From positions 128,486 through 192,485 of the forward strand of contig CAWJRT010000001.1 of NCBI GenBank assembly GCA_963845325.1: a stretch of 64,000 nucleotides of DNA, written 5' to 3'. The position numbers and the translations under genes were made by a program. Below the pieces are notes generated by a model. That model saw only the letters and a program-made list of their open reading frames with translations. It searched no databases and was not told the DNA's origin. Source of the DNA: an uncultured Spirochaetota bacterium (GTDB taxonomy: Bacteria; Spirochaetota; Spirochaetia; SZUA-6; Fen-1364). Every line of letters starts with the position of its first letter. Position 1 is the first letter of the stretch. This document shows, piece by piece, positions 1 to 10,567 of this stretch.

Positions 1-1285
1 AGGAGGTCCTGCAGCCGGGGGATCCGCGCTACGCCGTATCCGCCAAACGTGGCGATGGGATCCTTCGTGATCTCCCCTTCCCCCACGTAGGCGCGGACCC
101 GCCCGGCGGCATCGTCCGTGGAGACCCGGCAGTACGTGAAATCGGTGGGCCTTATCTTTCCCCCGATTGTTCCGTAGGTCTTCTCTCTGCCGACTGTACC
201 GGCAAGGATTTCCCCGTACTGCATGACGCCCTTCTTTCCGAACAGGTCCTGGGGAAAGTTGCTGCAATGGAAGAGAACGCACTTGTCCGGGTCATCGGCG
301 TAGTTGTTGTTCCAGTCCACGAGGGCACTGGGCTTGCCGGAAGCCTGGATCAATGCGTACATGCCAACGAGGCCGGTGACGTCCGTCTCGCAGGCGCTCG
401 GCGACAGGGCGTTGCTCAACATGCTCATTGCCGTGCACGGCACGACTCCGAAGTTTTCTTCCATTGAGGTCCAGCACTGGATGGCGGTTCCCGACAACTC
501 GTGCTCGGCCACGTACTGGTCCAGGACGACAGCGAACTTCGCCATCCGGACCAGGGATTCGCGGGGGATCCTGGCCGAGCGGACGTATCCCTTGATTTCG
601 TCCAGCTTGGAGACCACCGTCGAGTCCTTGTCCTTCAGGCTCCATGCCCTGCCGAACAGCTCCGAAAGATCGACGCTTTCAACGGAGATCCCTGTCCTCT
701 CCAGCAGTTTCTCGCTGTACCGCACGGTCACGAATGCGGACGGGCCGGGCCCCGATCTGCCCGAACCGTGCCTTGCGCAGTCCTTTTACCACCCGGCAGA
801 TTCCCGTGAAAGAGCCGAGGTCTTGTCGAAATCCGTCAGACTCGGGGTCTACCGTATGCTGGGAGGTCAGCGAGTAGCGGATGCCGTACTGGGAGAGGTT
901 GTTGCAGGCGGAAATCTTGCCGCAGAAGCTGTCCCGGCGATGTTCAAGGGCCATGCGGCCCGGCTCGTCGGGGAAGGCATGCACGAGAACGGGCACGTCC
1001 AGCCCGGCACCCGCGCAGCGCATTCGCGATTCCCCTCTCGTCCCCGAAATTCGGGAGGGTGACCAGGACGCCGTCGATTTTTTCGCGGTTTGCCTTGAAC
1101 AGCTCCGCGCATTTCTTTGCGTCCGCCGGGGTTTCAACTGATCCGTACCTGGTGTCCTTCGGACTCAGTGCCACGGCGTCGATGCCCTCTTCTTTCAGAA
1201 CGGCGAGGACCGTTTTGCGTCCCTGCTCGCAGAGCTCCGCGGGAAAGAAGCCCCTGTTGCCTACGAGCACGCCCAAAGTCGTCAT
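1..1285 (-). pseudogene. L-fucose/L-arabinose isomerase family sugar isomerase (FucI-like). The C-terminus lies beyond base 1 and the frame is broken near 1030 and 700.
   Basis: ATG at 1285-1283 sits behind AAGGAGAA. The N-terminus MTTLGVLVGNRGFFPAELCEQGRK..VTLPNFGDERG is in ORF 944-1342. The protein continues in a second frame as AGLDVPVLVHAFPDEPGRMALEHRRDSFCGKISACNNLSQYGI..GQIGARP (ORF 679-1137). It continues in a third frame to base 1 (..PIATFGGYGVARIPRLQDL, own translation). Confidence 0.7.
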
Positions 1286-1430
1286 GAGGATTCTCCTTGG
1301 CTCAGCTTCGCCGCGGCTGGACGCTCCGCGGGCGGCACTCAACGTTTTTCAAATGTGCGCTGGCTACGATATGTCTGGCCTGCGCAAAAGTCAACCAAAA
1401 CGCACCATCGGACTACGCGGTGGCCGAGGG

Positions 1431-1512
1431 GTGTTACTTCGTCGATACAGGATGTGTTACCTTGATGAACCTATTCCGATCGATTTTGGAGCGGTGAAGA
1501 AGACAGTGTTAC
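1431..1512 (+). promoter_or_regulatory. Three GTGTTAC direct repeats; candidate enhancer (UAS) for the downstream sigma-54 promoter
   Basis: GTGTTAC occurs at 1431-1437, 1454-1460 and 1506-1512. The third copy lies inside the imperfect palindrome TGTTACCcctgGGTGACA. The repeats lie roughly 115-200 bp upstream of the -24/-12 element. Confidence 0.3.
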
Positions 1513-1627
1513 CCCTGGGTGACAAGAAGAGGAATCCGGCAGCTTTTCTGATTGGTACGACAATAATCCTATATTTAATTCTTTTATCATATAATGAATT
1601 ATAATACTGATTCCATGAAAGGAATTA

Positions 1628-1643
1628 TGGCATGTTTATTGCA
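1628..1643 (+). promoter_or_regulatory. Sigma-54 (-24/-12) promoter
   Basis: TGGCAT-gttta-TTGCA matches TGGCAC-N5-TTGCW with exact GG/GC spacing. It ends 29 nt before the ATG at 1672 and AAGGAGG lies in between. An AT-rich tract (1555-1620) lies just upstream. Confidence 0.6.
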
Positions 1644-1671
1644 GGGTCGATGACGCAAGGAGGCCTCTGTT

Positions 1672-2788
1672 ATGAAAAGATTTTTGATCGTGCTGGCAAG
1701 TCTCGTCGCCCTCCTTCTTCCTACCATGGCTTTTGCCGGTGGTAGCCAGGAAGGCAAAGGCTCGAAGCTGCAGGTCGGCGTCGTTCTTCCTACGAAGGAT
1801 GAAGAGCGCTGGACCCAGGACCAGACCACGGTTCCAGGATGCCTTCACCAAGGCCGGGTACAACGTCCAGATCCTGTTCAGTGAGAAGGACTCCGCCAAG
1901 GAAAAGGCGAACGTCGAGTCCCTCATCTCGAATGGCGTCAAGGCCATCATCATCTGCCCCGTCGACGGGTCAGCGGCTGCAGCCGCGGCGGATGAAGCGC
2001 ACAAGGCAGGGATCAAGGTCATCTCCTATGACCGCCTGATCCGCGACACGGCGTCTGTCGACTACTACGTGACCTTCGACAGCGTGGCGGTCGGCGCTGC
2101 GTGGGCCCAGTACCTCGTGGACAGGGCCAAGCAGAACGGCGGCAAGGGGCTTCACCTGTACATCTATGCCGGTGCCGCCTCCGACAACAACGCGTTCATC
2201 TTCTTCCAGGGCGCCTGGGGCGTGATCCAGCCCAAGATCGCGGACGGCACGTTCGTCATTCAGAACTCCAGCGAAGCCATCGCCCTCCAGGGCAAGAAGA
2301 CCCTCACCCGCGAAGAGATGGCGAAGATCATCGGCCAGGTGACCACCAACTGGTCGCCCTCCGATGCGAAGAACATCTCCGAGTCCAACCTGACGGCAGC
2401 CACCGACGCCCAGAAGGGCGTGTGCTACGTCCTCTCTCCGAACGACCAGACCGCGCGCGCCATCGGTGACTCTTTCGCCGCCGACAAGGCAGTGACGAAG
2501 TACTACACGACGGGCCAGGATGCCGACAGGGCGTCCATCCAGTACATCATCGACGGCAAGCAGTCCATGACGGTCCTCAAGGACGTCCGCACGCTCGTCG
2601 CCGACGCGATCAACACCGCCACGCTGTACATCCAGGGCAAGGTTCCGCCCCAGACCAACACGTACAACAATGGCAAGATCGACGTCCCCGCGAAGCCGTC
2701 GGCCATCGTCTCCGTGACGAAGGACAACGTGAAGGCCGCGATCGTCGATTCCGGCTACTATCCCGCGAGCGACTTCACGGGACTCTAA
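1672..2788 (+). pseudogene. chvE: ChvE-type multiple-monosaccharide ABC transporter substrate-binding protein, with one frameshift near 1825
   Basis: The signal peptide MKRFLIVLASLVALLLPTMAFAGG..VGVVLPTKDEERW is in the frame of ORF 1672. The rest is in the frame of ORF 1733 (FQDAFTKAGY..GIKVISYDRLI..YYVTFDS..DNNAFIFF..TGQDAD..MTVLKD). It is colinear with Agrobacterium ChvE as I remember it. Confidence 0.85.
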
Positions 2789-2826
2789 ACAGAACGTATA
2801 CTGCTATTCGGGTTCGCTTTTCTGAA

Positions 2827-2851
2827 GACGGCGGGCGCCTGGCCCGCCGTC
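2827..2851 (+). other. Intercistronic GC-rich stem-loop after the binding-protein gene
   Basis: GACGGCGGGC-gcctg-GCCCGCCGTC is a perfect 10-bp stem with no U-tract. It fits a processing or stabilising hairpin that uncouples SBP from ATPase/permease levels. Confidence 0.5.
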
Positions 2852-2881
2852 TCACTATATGGGTTGTGACGGGGAGCAGAC

Positions 2882-4402
2882 ATGAGCACTGCCATTCTCG
2901 AGATGAAGAATATCACCAAGATATTCCCCGGGGTGAAGGCCCTGAGCGACGTGACATTCTCCGTCGCCCCAAACGAGATCCACTGCCTCGTCGGGGAGAA
3001 TGGCGCCGGAAAATCGACCCTCATGAAGGTGCTGAGCGGCGTCCACCCGTACGGGGAGTACACAGGGGACATCGTCTACGACGGGAAGACCCAGGTCTTC
3101 CACAGCATCGCCGACAGTGAAAAGGTCGGCATCGCCATCATTTACCAGGAGCTCGCCCTCGTTCCCGACATGACCGTCTACGAGAACATCTTCCTCGGCC
3201 ACGAGATCCGGCGCGGGATCACGGTGGATTGGAACGAGACGATCAAGAAGGCCTCCGAGATGCTCGGCAAGGTCCGGCTCGACGTGAGCCCCGATACCCT
3301 CGTGAAGGATCTCGGAGTCGGGAAACAGCAGCTCGTCGAGATCGCCAAGGCCATGAGCCGCAACGTGAAGCTCCTCGTCCTCGACGAGCCCACCGCGGCC
3401 CTGAACGAGAACGACTGCGAAAACCTCTTTTCGATCCTCCGGGAGCTCAAGGGCCAAGGTGTCACCTGTGTTCTCATCTCGCACAAGCTGAAGGAAGTGA
3501 TCAAGATCGCCGACACGGTGACGGTCCTCCGCGACGGCCAGACAATCTGCACCCTCGACGCGCACAAGGGCGAGGTGAGCGAGCCGGTGCTCATCAAGAA
3601 CATGGTGGGCAGGGAAATCGACAACGTGTACCCGTCCCGGACCCATGTCGTGTCCGACGAGGTCGTCCTGCGCGTCCAGGGGTGGAACGCCTTCAACATG
3701 AAAACCGGCCGCAGCGTGCTTCAGGATATCTCCTTCAACGTGCGCAAAGGCGAGATCGTCGGGTTCGCCGGTCTCATGGGCTCGGGCCGGACCGAGCTCG
3801 CGCGGAGCATCTTCGGAAATCCTGACGGCTACCGGATAAGCGGCGAGCTTTTCGTGCACGGTGAACCAGTCCACTACCACCACCCGCACGACGCCATCGA
3901 GGACGGGGTGGCGTATGCAACGGAGGATCGCAAGGCCAACGGCCTCATCCTCATCCAGGACGTGAAGCAGAACATCACGCTGGCCAATCTCAAGGAGATC
4001 GCGCCGCGGGGCATCCTGGACGATAATGCCGAGGTGAAGGCCGCGGACTCCTACAAGACGGCCCTCAACATCAGGACGCCGAGTCTCGAGCAGATGCTCT
4101 ACAACCTGAGCGGCGGCAACCAGCAGAAGGTCTCGGTGGCCAAGTGGCTCTTCGTGAAGCCGAGGGTCCTCTTCCTCGACGAGCCCACGCGCGGCATCGA
4201 CGTGGGGGCGAAATACGAGATCTACCAGATCATGAACCGCCTGGTGTCCGAGGGCATGAGCATCATCATGATCTCCTCGGAGCTGCCGGAAGTGCTTGGC
4301 ATGAGCGACCGTGTCTATGTCATATCCTCGGGGAGGATCACCGGCGAGCTGCCCGTGACGGAAGCGACGCAGGAAAAAATCATGCAAATGGCAACGAGCT
4401 AG
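2882..4402 (+). CDS. mmsA: Multiple-monosaccharide (sugar) ABC transporter ATP-binding protein with duplicated ATPase domains
   Basis: Intact 506-aa ORF. It has Walker A GENGAGKST, an LSGGNQQK signature in the second half, and the Walker B motifs LLVLDEPTAAL and VLFLDEPTRGID. Confidence 0.9.
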   Translation: MSTAILEMKNITKIFPGVKALSDVTFSVAPNEIHCLVGENGAGKSTLMKVLSGVHPYGEYTGDIVYDGKTQVFHSIADSEKVGIAIIYQELALVPDMTVYENIFLGHEIRRGITVDWNETIKKASEMLGKVRLDVSPDTLVKDLGVGKQQLVEIAKAMSRNVKLLVLDEPTAALNENDCENLFSILRELKGQGVTCVLISHKLKEVIKIADTVTVLRDGQTICTLDAHKGEVSEPVLIKNMVGREIDNVYPSRTHVVSDEVVLRVQGWNAFNMKTGRSVLQDISFNVRKGEIVGFAGLMGSGRTELARSIFGNPDGYRISGELFVHGEPVHYHHPHDAIEDGVAYATEDRKANGLILIQDVKQNITLANLKEIAPRGILDDNAEVKAADSYKTALNIRTPSLEQMLYNLSGGNQQKVSVAKWLFVKPRVLFLDEPTRGIDVGAKYEIYQIMNRLVSEGMSIIMISSELPEVLGMSDRVYVISSGRITGELPVTEATQEKIMQMATS

Positions 4403-4413
4403 GAGGAGAGGCC

Positions 4414-5601
4414 GTGACGTCGAAGGATCTGTCCAAGGTATTGCGTCAGAACGTCCGCAGCTACGGGATGTACATCGCCCTGGTCGTCATCTTCGCGATC
4501 TTCACGATCCTGACGAAAGGGCTGTTCATTTCATCGCGCAACATCAGCAACCTCCTGAACCAGGCGGGATACATCGCAGTGCTTGCCGTGGGCATGACGC
4601 TCGTCATCGTCATCCGGCACATCGACCTTTCCGTCGGGTTCCTCTCCGGGTTCCTCGGGGCCGTGGCGGCCATGTCGTTGTCGATCTGGCACTTCCCCGT
4701 CTGGGTGACCATTCCGCTCGTCCTGGTCTGCGGTCTCGCGGCGGGGCTCCTCACGGCATACCCGGTGGCCCGCCTGGGAATCCCGTCCTTTGTCGCATCT
4801 CTGGCGGGGTGGCTCATCTATCGAGGTGCGCTGCTGCTCATCACCAACAAGTCGGGAACGATCAAGATCAACAATGACACGTTCAACGCCATTGGCAATG
4901 GATACATCCCTGATATCCTGCCGTCCAGCGGCATCCTCCCCGGCGTTCACAAGCTGACGCTCCTCATCGGCCTCGTTGCGATCGTCTGGATGATCGTGAG
5001 CCAGATCAGGAGCCGCAAGGCGAAGCAGGCGTATAACTTCGAGGTCCTTCCGCCCGACCTCTTCGCGATCCAGCTCGTCCTCCTGTCGGTGGTCATCGGA
5101 CTCATCACCTGGGTCATGTCCGGCTATAATGGAATGTCCTGGACCGTCGTGATCGTGATCGTCGTCGTGGCGATCTTCCATTTCGTAACGACACGCACCG
5201 TGCTCGGCAGGCACATCTACGCCATCGGCGGCAACCCCGAGGCGGCGGAGCTCAGCGGCATAAACGTGAAGAACCTCATCTTCGTGGTCTTCGGCGCCAT
5301 GGGCGTTCTCTGCTCCATTGCGGGCATGCTCTTCGCCTCGCGCCTCACCTCGGCCACGACGACTGCGGGCACGCTCTTCGAGCTCGACGCCATCGCCGCC
5401 GCCTACATCGGCGGCGTCTCCGCGGCGGGCGGCGTAGGAAAGGTCACCGGCTCGTTTGTCGGCGCCATAGTGTACATCTCGCTCACGAGCGGCATGAACC
5501 TCATGGGAACCGACATCTCTTTCCAGTACGTCGTGCGCGGGGCCGTCCTGGCCCTGGCCGTCATTTTCGACGTCGCGACGCGCCGGCGCAGGAGCACATA
5601 G
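4414..5601 (+). CDS. mmsB: Sugar ABC transporter permease (GguB/MmsB/XylH-like)
   Basis: GTG at 4414 lies 8 nt after AGGAGGAGAG. The product is polytopic and hydrophobic (..NLLNQAGYIAVLAVGMTLVIVIRHIDLSVGF..GGNPEAAELSGINV..). Confidence 0.85.
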   Translation: MTSKDLSKVLRQNVRSYGMYIALVVIFAIFTILTKGLFISSRNISNLLNQAGYIAVLAVGMTLVIVIRHIDLSVGFLSGFLGAVAAMSLSIWHFPVWVTIPLVLVCGLAAGLLTAYPVARLGIPSFVASLAGWLIYRGALLLITNKSGTIKINNDTFNAIGNGYIPDILPSSGILPGVHKLTLLIGLVAIVWMIVSQIRSRKAKQAYNFEVLPPDLFAIQLVLLSVVIGLITWVMSGYNGMSWTVVIVIVVVAIFHFVTTRTVLGRHIYAIGGNPEAAELSGINVKNLIFVVFGAMGVLCSIAGMLFASRLTSATTTAGTLFELDAIAAAYIGGVSAAGGVGKVTGSFVGAIVYISLTSGMNLMGTDISFQYVVRGAVLALAVIFDVATRRRRST

Positions 5602-5717
5602 GTTCTCCGCTCCTTCGTCATGCCGGAAGCGCCTCGTCGGCCGCTGAATGCCACGGGGTACCGTGGCCGGCGTGACCGCCGTTGCCCTGGGGCGCTTTCG
5701 GTGGTAGCCTCGCCGTG

Positions 5718-7829
5718 ATGCGACTCCGCACGAAGCTCCTCGTGGGCATCCTCGGCACCCTTCTTCTGCAGATCGCGGTCACCGGGACGTTCACACTCTC
5801 CACGTTCGTGGTCAACACGCGGCGCTCGCAGGAATCGGAGCTGTCGAGCGACTGGGACCGCGCCCGCGCCTACGTCGAGGAGCTGAAGCACCGTCTGACC
5901 ACCGACCTCTATCAGCTCAGCTTCTTCCTTCAGGAGGACCAGGCGGCCGGCGCATCCGCCTCCGATCTTCGCGGGATGATGCGCTATTTCATCAGCCTTA
6001 CCAGCGCCGACCGCATCGTGCTGATCGACGAACCCGGTCTCGTCCTCGTCGACGAAAGGACGGGCGTCACGGCCACCGAGGACGACCTGCCCGTGGCCTT
6101 CCTGAACCCCCGGGATTTCAGTTTTCCCCGGAATCTGTTCATGGCCACGAAGTTCGTTGCCAAGCCGACCCGTCTGTACCTCGTCACGGGGTCCAGTTTT
6201 CCCCGCAGGGGCGGCGGCGTGCGGCATCTGTACCTCGTCACGAATGTCGACAAGAGCATGGTCGAGGCGATCTGGGAGAAGACAGGAACGGAGGTCGCGT
6301 TCTTCGCCGGGACCTCGCCCGTCGTCTCCGCCTCTCCCTGGCAGCCATTTGAAACGGAGGCGCCGCTGCGGTCGCGGCGCATCCTTTTGGGCAACGTGCC
6401 GTACAGCGTCTATTCACGTCCGCTGTCGGCGGACATCCCGGACGAGATCTACCTCGTCGCGTTTCGTTCGCAACTGGCAGAGCAGGTCTACGTCAGGTCC
6501 GTTCTCTTCACCTACGTGACCGCGTTTCTCATCACGCTCGCCGCTTCCCTGTTTCTCGCCACCGGGTTCACCAGCCTCGCGGTCTCGCCCTTCACGCGGC
6601 TTGCACACTGGCTGCATCGCTACATGGACACCGGCGAGCTGGGGAAGCTCGACATCCGCTCGCGCGACGAGATCGGGTTCCTGGCCGGCACATTTCACGA
6701 AATGGTGAGCACGCTGATCAGCGAGAAGAACGTCATCAGCGACCAGCTCGACCAGATCAGCCTGCTCAACGCCTACAACGAGGGGGTGATGAACGCGATT
6801 CCCGCCGGCGTCATCGTCACCGGGTCGGACGGCTCGATCGAGTTCTGCAACAAGTACTTCGCCGCCCTCGTCGGCGAGCCGAGTCGGCGCGCTGAAGGGG
6901 TCGAGGCTGCCGGGACGTGATGGCGCAGAGCTTCACCCTGCGCAGCGGCCAGCCCGGCAGGCGACGCATTCGGACTCGACGGGGACGCGGTCGTGGAAGG
7001 GCTGCAGCGCGACCGGGGCCAACGGCCACTCCCTGCACTTCACGGCGAAAGGCTCGTCGATCACGCTGGCGGGCAGCAGGCGGGGATCGCTCATCGTCCT
7101 GGAGGATGTGACCGCCGCGGAGCGGTTCTGGGCCCGCATGACGGTGGCCGACAGGGTGACCTCGCTGGGCATCCTCTCCGCGGGCATGGCGCACGAGATC
7201 AACAATCCGCTGGGCACGATCCTTTCCCACGTGAACTACCTCAAGGCGGTGGAGAAGGAGGGAGACAAGCTCGACTCCATTTCGTGGATCGAGAGCGAAG
7301 CCAACCGTATTGCCGCCATCATCAGGCGCATCCGCGTGTACTCCGCCCCGGGTGCGCCGCGCGACGCGCACGCCGACCTCAACCGTGTCGTCCAGGAGAC
7401 GGTCGAGGTGCTGCGGTTCACCCTGGGACGGAAGAAGCTGTCCCTCACGATGGACCTCGCCGACGGCCTGGAGAACGTGGTCTGTCCCGCCGACGAGCTC
7501 AAGCAGGTCGTGCTCAATATACTCCTCAACGCCTGCGAGGCGTGCGCCGAGGACGGTGCCATCTGCCTGGCGCACCACGCGTGACTCCGAGGGGCGGGCG
7601 GTGCTCTCCATTGCCGACAATGGCGTCGGCATCGACCCCGTCAGACCTCGGCAGCATCTTCGACCCGTTTTTCACGACCAAGCTCGCCACGCAGGGGAAT
7701 GGCCTGGGACTGTCGATCTGCTATGCTATCGTCAAGCGCGCGGGCGGGGACATCCGGGTGTCGAGCACGCCGGGCAAGGGAACGAAGGTAGAGGTGACGC
7801 TCCGTGTTCATGAACGTACTCATCATTGA
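5718..7829 (+). pseudogene. Sensor histidine kinase with periplasmic sensor, HAMP, PAS, HisKA and HATPase domains; several frame breaks (about 6900, 7100, 7580, 7640)
   Basis: TM1 is MRLRTKLLVGILGTLLLQIAVTG. An extracytoplasmic segment of about 270 aa follows, then TM2 and HAMP (DEIGFLAGTFHEMV). PAS is recognised from MNAIPAGVIVTGSDGSIEFCN and the H-box from LSAGMAHEINNPL. The G-boxes are SIADNGVGI and GNGLGLSICYAIV. These pieces lie in three frames. Confidence 0.8.
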
Positions 7830-9196
7830 CGACGAGCCCGGCCTGCGCAGCGGCCTGGCGAAGCTCCTCACCCTCCAGGGGTACAACACCCTGGAGGCGG
7901 CAAGCGCCGCCGAGGTGCGGAAGCTTCTCCTCACCACCGAAATCCACCTGATGCTCCTCGACCTGCGCCTCGGCGACCAGGACGGCCTCGCCCTGCTGAA
8001 GGAGGTGAAGGCGGAGGAGCCGGCGATCCCGGTGATCATCATCACCGGCCACGGCGACATCTACAGCGCCGTGGAGTGCATGAAGGCCGGCGCGACGAAC
8101 TACATTCCCAAGCCGATCGACCACGGTCTCCTGCTCTCGATCATCGAGAAGGAGAGCGTTGCCCTTCGCGACCGCCTGGCGACGCTCGGCTTCCGCGAGT
8201 CGCTGCGCTCGGCGGCGCGCACGCGTCTTGTCCCCAGCACTTCGGCGGAGATGAAGGAGATCGAGCGGATCGTCGAGAAGGTGAGAGACTCCGACGTGCC
8301 GGTGCTCCTCCTCGGGGAGACGGGCACCGGCAAGGAAGTCATCGCCAAGATCATCCACTACACGGGAGCCTATTGCGACCGCCCCTTCGTCGGCCTGAAC
8401 TGCGCGTCCCTCAACGAGAACCTCCTGGAAAGCGAGCTCTTCGGGCACGAGAAGGGGGCCTTCTCGGGGGCGATCGCGCGCAAGATCGGCCGCTTCGAGC
8501 TGGCGGGCAGCGGCACTCTCTTCCTCGACGAGATCGGGGACATGAGCCTCTCCATGCAGTCGAAGCTGCTGAGAGTCCTCCAGGAGAAGACACTGGAGCG
8601 GGTGGGCGGCACGAAGCCCGTGTCCGTGTACTGCCGCCTGATCGCGGCCACGAACAAGGATCTCGCCGCGCTGCGCGCCCGGGGCGAGTTCCGGGAGGAT
8701 CTCTACTACCGTCTCAGCACCGTCACGCTGAAACTGCCGCCGCTTCGCGACCGCACGCGGGACATCCCCGCCCTGGTCCGCACGTTCGTGGAAGAGGCGA
8801 ACGCCGCCTACGGGCGCAGCGTCAAGTCGATTCCCGACCGCGATCATGCGCAGCCTGACGACTCACCCCTGGCCCGGCAACATACGGCAGCTGAAGAACG
8901 TGATCGCCAACGCGGTCATCCTCAGCGACGGGGAGGAGATTTCCGGGCTCGAGTACGGAGACGCGGGGAAGCCGGAGGAGGAGATCTCTCATCGACAAGG
9001 ATCTGCCCAGCACGGTGGCCCGGTACTCGCGGCGAGATCGAGAAGAAGATCATCCGCTCGGTCCTGGAAAAGAACAAGGGCAACATCACGAAGAGCGCGA
9101 CGCGCCTGGGCATCAGCCGAAAGACACTCTACGAGAAGATCCGCAGGCACGAGCTGTGGCAGGCGCCGGACGCGCGGGAGAGTGGAGAGTCAATGA
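7804..9196 (+). pseudogene. Sigma-54-dependent response regulator (NtrC family: receiver, AAA+ and Fis-type HTH); frame breaks near 8845, 9010 and 9170
   Basis: The receiver is recognised from MNVLIIDDE..LLDLRLGD. The AAA+ domain shows GETGTGKE, GAFSGA (a GAFTGA variant), FLDEIGDM and HPWPGNIRQL (frame of ORF 8846). The HTH is NITKSATRLGISRKTLYEKIRRH. The stop at 9194-9196 overlaps the next ATG as ATGA. Confidence 0.85.
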
Positions 9197-10523
9197 GACG
9201 GGCCGCGACGGTCATTCTTCTCGCCTCGTGTTGCGGTTCTTCCCGTCATTGCGCATTCGGCGGGGCGCTGCCGAGAAGGCCGGCGACAAGAGGCTGGAAA
9301 TATTCAGCTGGTGGACGGCGGGCGGAGAGGCGGAGGGACTGGCCGCCATGTTCGACCTGTACCGGTCACTGTACCCCTCAGTGCAGCTCATCAACGCGAC
9401 CGTGGCCGGGGGGGCGGGGTCGAACGCCAAGACGGTCCTTGCCACCCGGATGCAGGGCGGCAATCCCCCGGACTCCTTCCAGGTCCACGCCGGGCACGAG
9501 CTCATCGATTCGTGGGTGCTTGCCGGCAAGATGGAGCCCATCACCTTCATCTTCGAAGACAACAGGTGGCTCGACCGGTTTCCCCGGGGTCTCATCGACA
9601 TCATCTCCTACAAGGGAGAGATCTACAGCGTCCCGGTCAACATTCACCGCTCCAATGTCCTCTGGTACAATACGAGGATCCTCGCCGCGGCCCACATGCG
9701 CCCGCCCCAGAACCTCGACGAGCTGATGAGCGTGTGCGAGCTGCTCTCCCGGCGCGGGATCACGCCGCTGGCCCTCGGCGACAACGGGATCTGGGCCGCG
9801 GTCCACCTCCTGGAGAGCGTGCTCCTGGGGAGCATGGGGCCGGAACGGTACAAGGGACTGTGGACGGGGGACACGCCGTGGGACGGTCCCGAGGTGAAGC
9901 TGGCCCTGATCCGGTTTGCCGGGCTCATGCGGTACGTGAATACCGACCACGCCGCGCTGAGCTGGGACGGGGCGGTACAATACGTCATCGACGGGAAGTG
10001 CGCGATGACGATCATGGGAGACTGGGCCGAAGGCTATTTCAAGGCAAAGGGCCTCACCCCCGGCAAGGATTTCGGATGGACGGTATCCCCGGGCACGCGC
10101 GGGATCGTTCATCATGCTCTCCGATTCTTTCGGCCTGCCCCGGGGTGCGCCGGACCGCGACGCCGCCGTGCACTGGCTCACGCTGGCCGCGTCACGGGAG
10201 GGGCAGGACGCGTTCAACCCGAAAAAGGGATCGATCCCCTCGCGGATCGACGGGGACAGGTCCCTCTACGACGACTACCAGAAATCGGCAATGGATTCCT
10301 TCCGCACCGACACGATCGTGCCCAGCGTCACGCATGGAGCGGCGGCCTCCGAAGGGTGGCTGGGAATGATTCAGGACACGATGTCGATCTTCGTCTGCGA
10401 CTTCAACATCGACAAGGCGACGGCGGGCCTCGTCGCCGCGGCGGACGAAGTACTTCCAGCGAGCCCGCGGCGGCATTCGTCGGGCAGTCGACGGCACCCG
10501 CCACGCCGCCGCAGCGCCGATGA
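9193..10523 (+). pseudogene. Extracellular solute-binding protein (family 1 sugar SBP) with no adjacent permease or ATPase; frame breaks near 9240 and 10100; 3' end uncertain
   Basis: The signal/lipobox-like N-terminus is MRRAATVILLASCCGS. The body follows as LEIFSWWTAGGEAEGLAAMFDLY..GGNPPDSFQVHAG..YSVPVNIHRSNVLWYN..ITPLALGD (frame of ORF 9015). It ends with MLSDSFGLP..NPKKGSIPSR (ORF 10114). Confidence 0.7.
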
Positions 10524-10567
10524 GACGCCGAGAGACAGATTCGCGAACAGGAGGTTCCAGGTGAAAA

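Noticed and set aside
2855-4387. 510-aa ORF on the minus strand
   Set aside because: It lies exactly antisense to the well-supported ABC ATPase gene. Its product is an Arg/His/Asp/Gly/Val-rich string with no motifs, typical of a shadow ORF in high-GC DNA.
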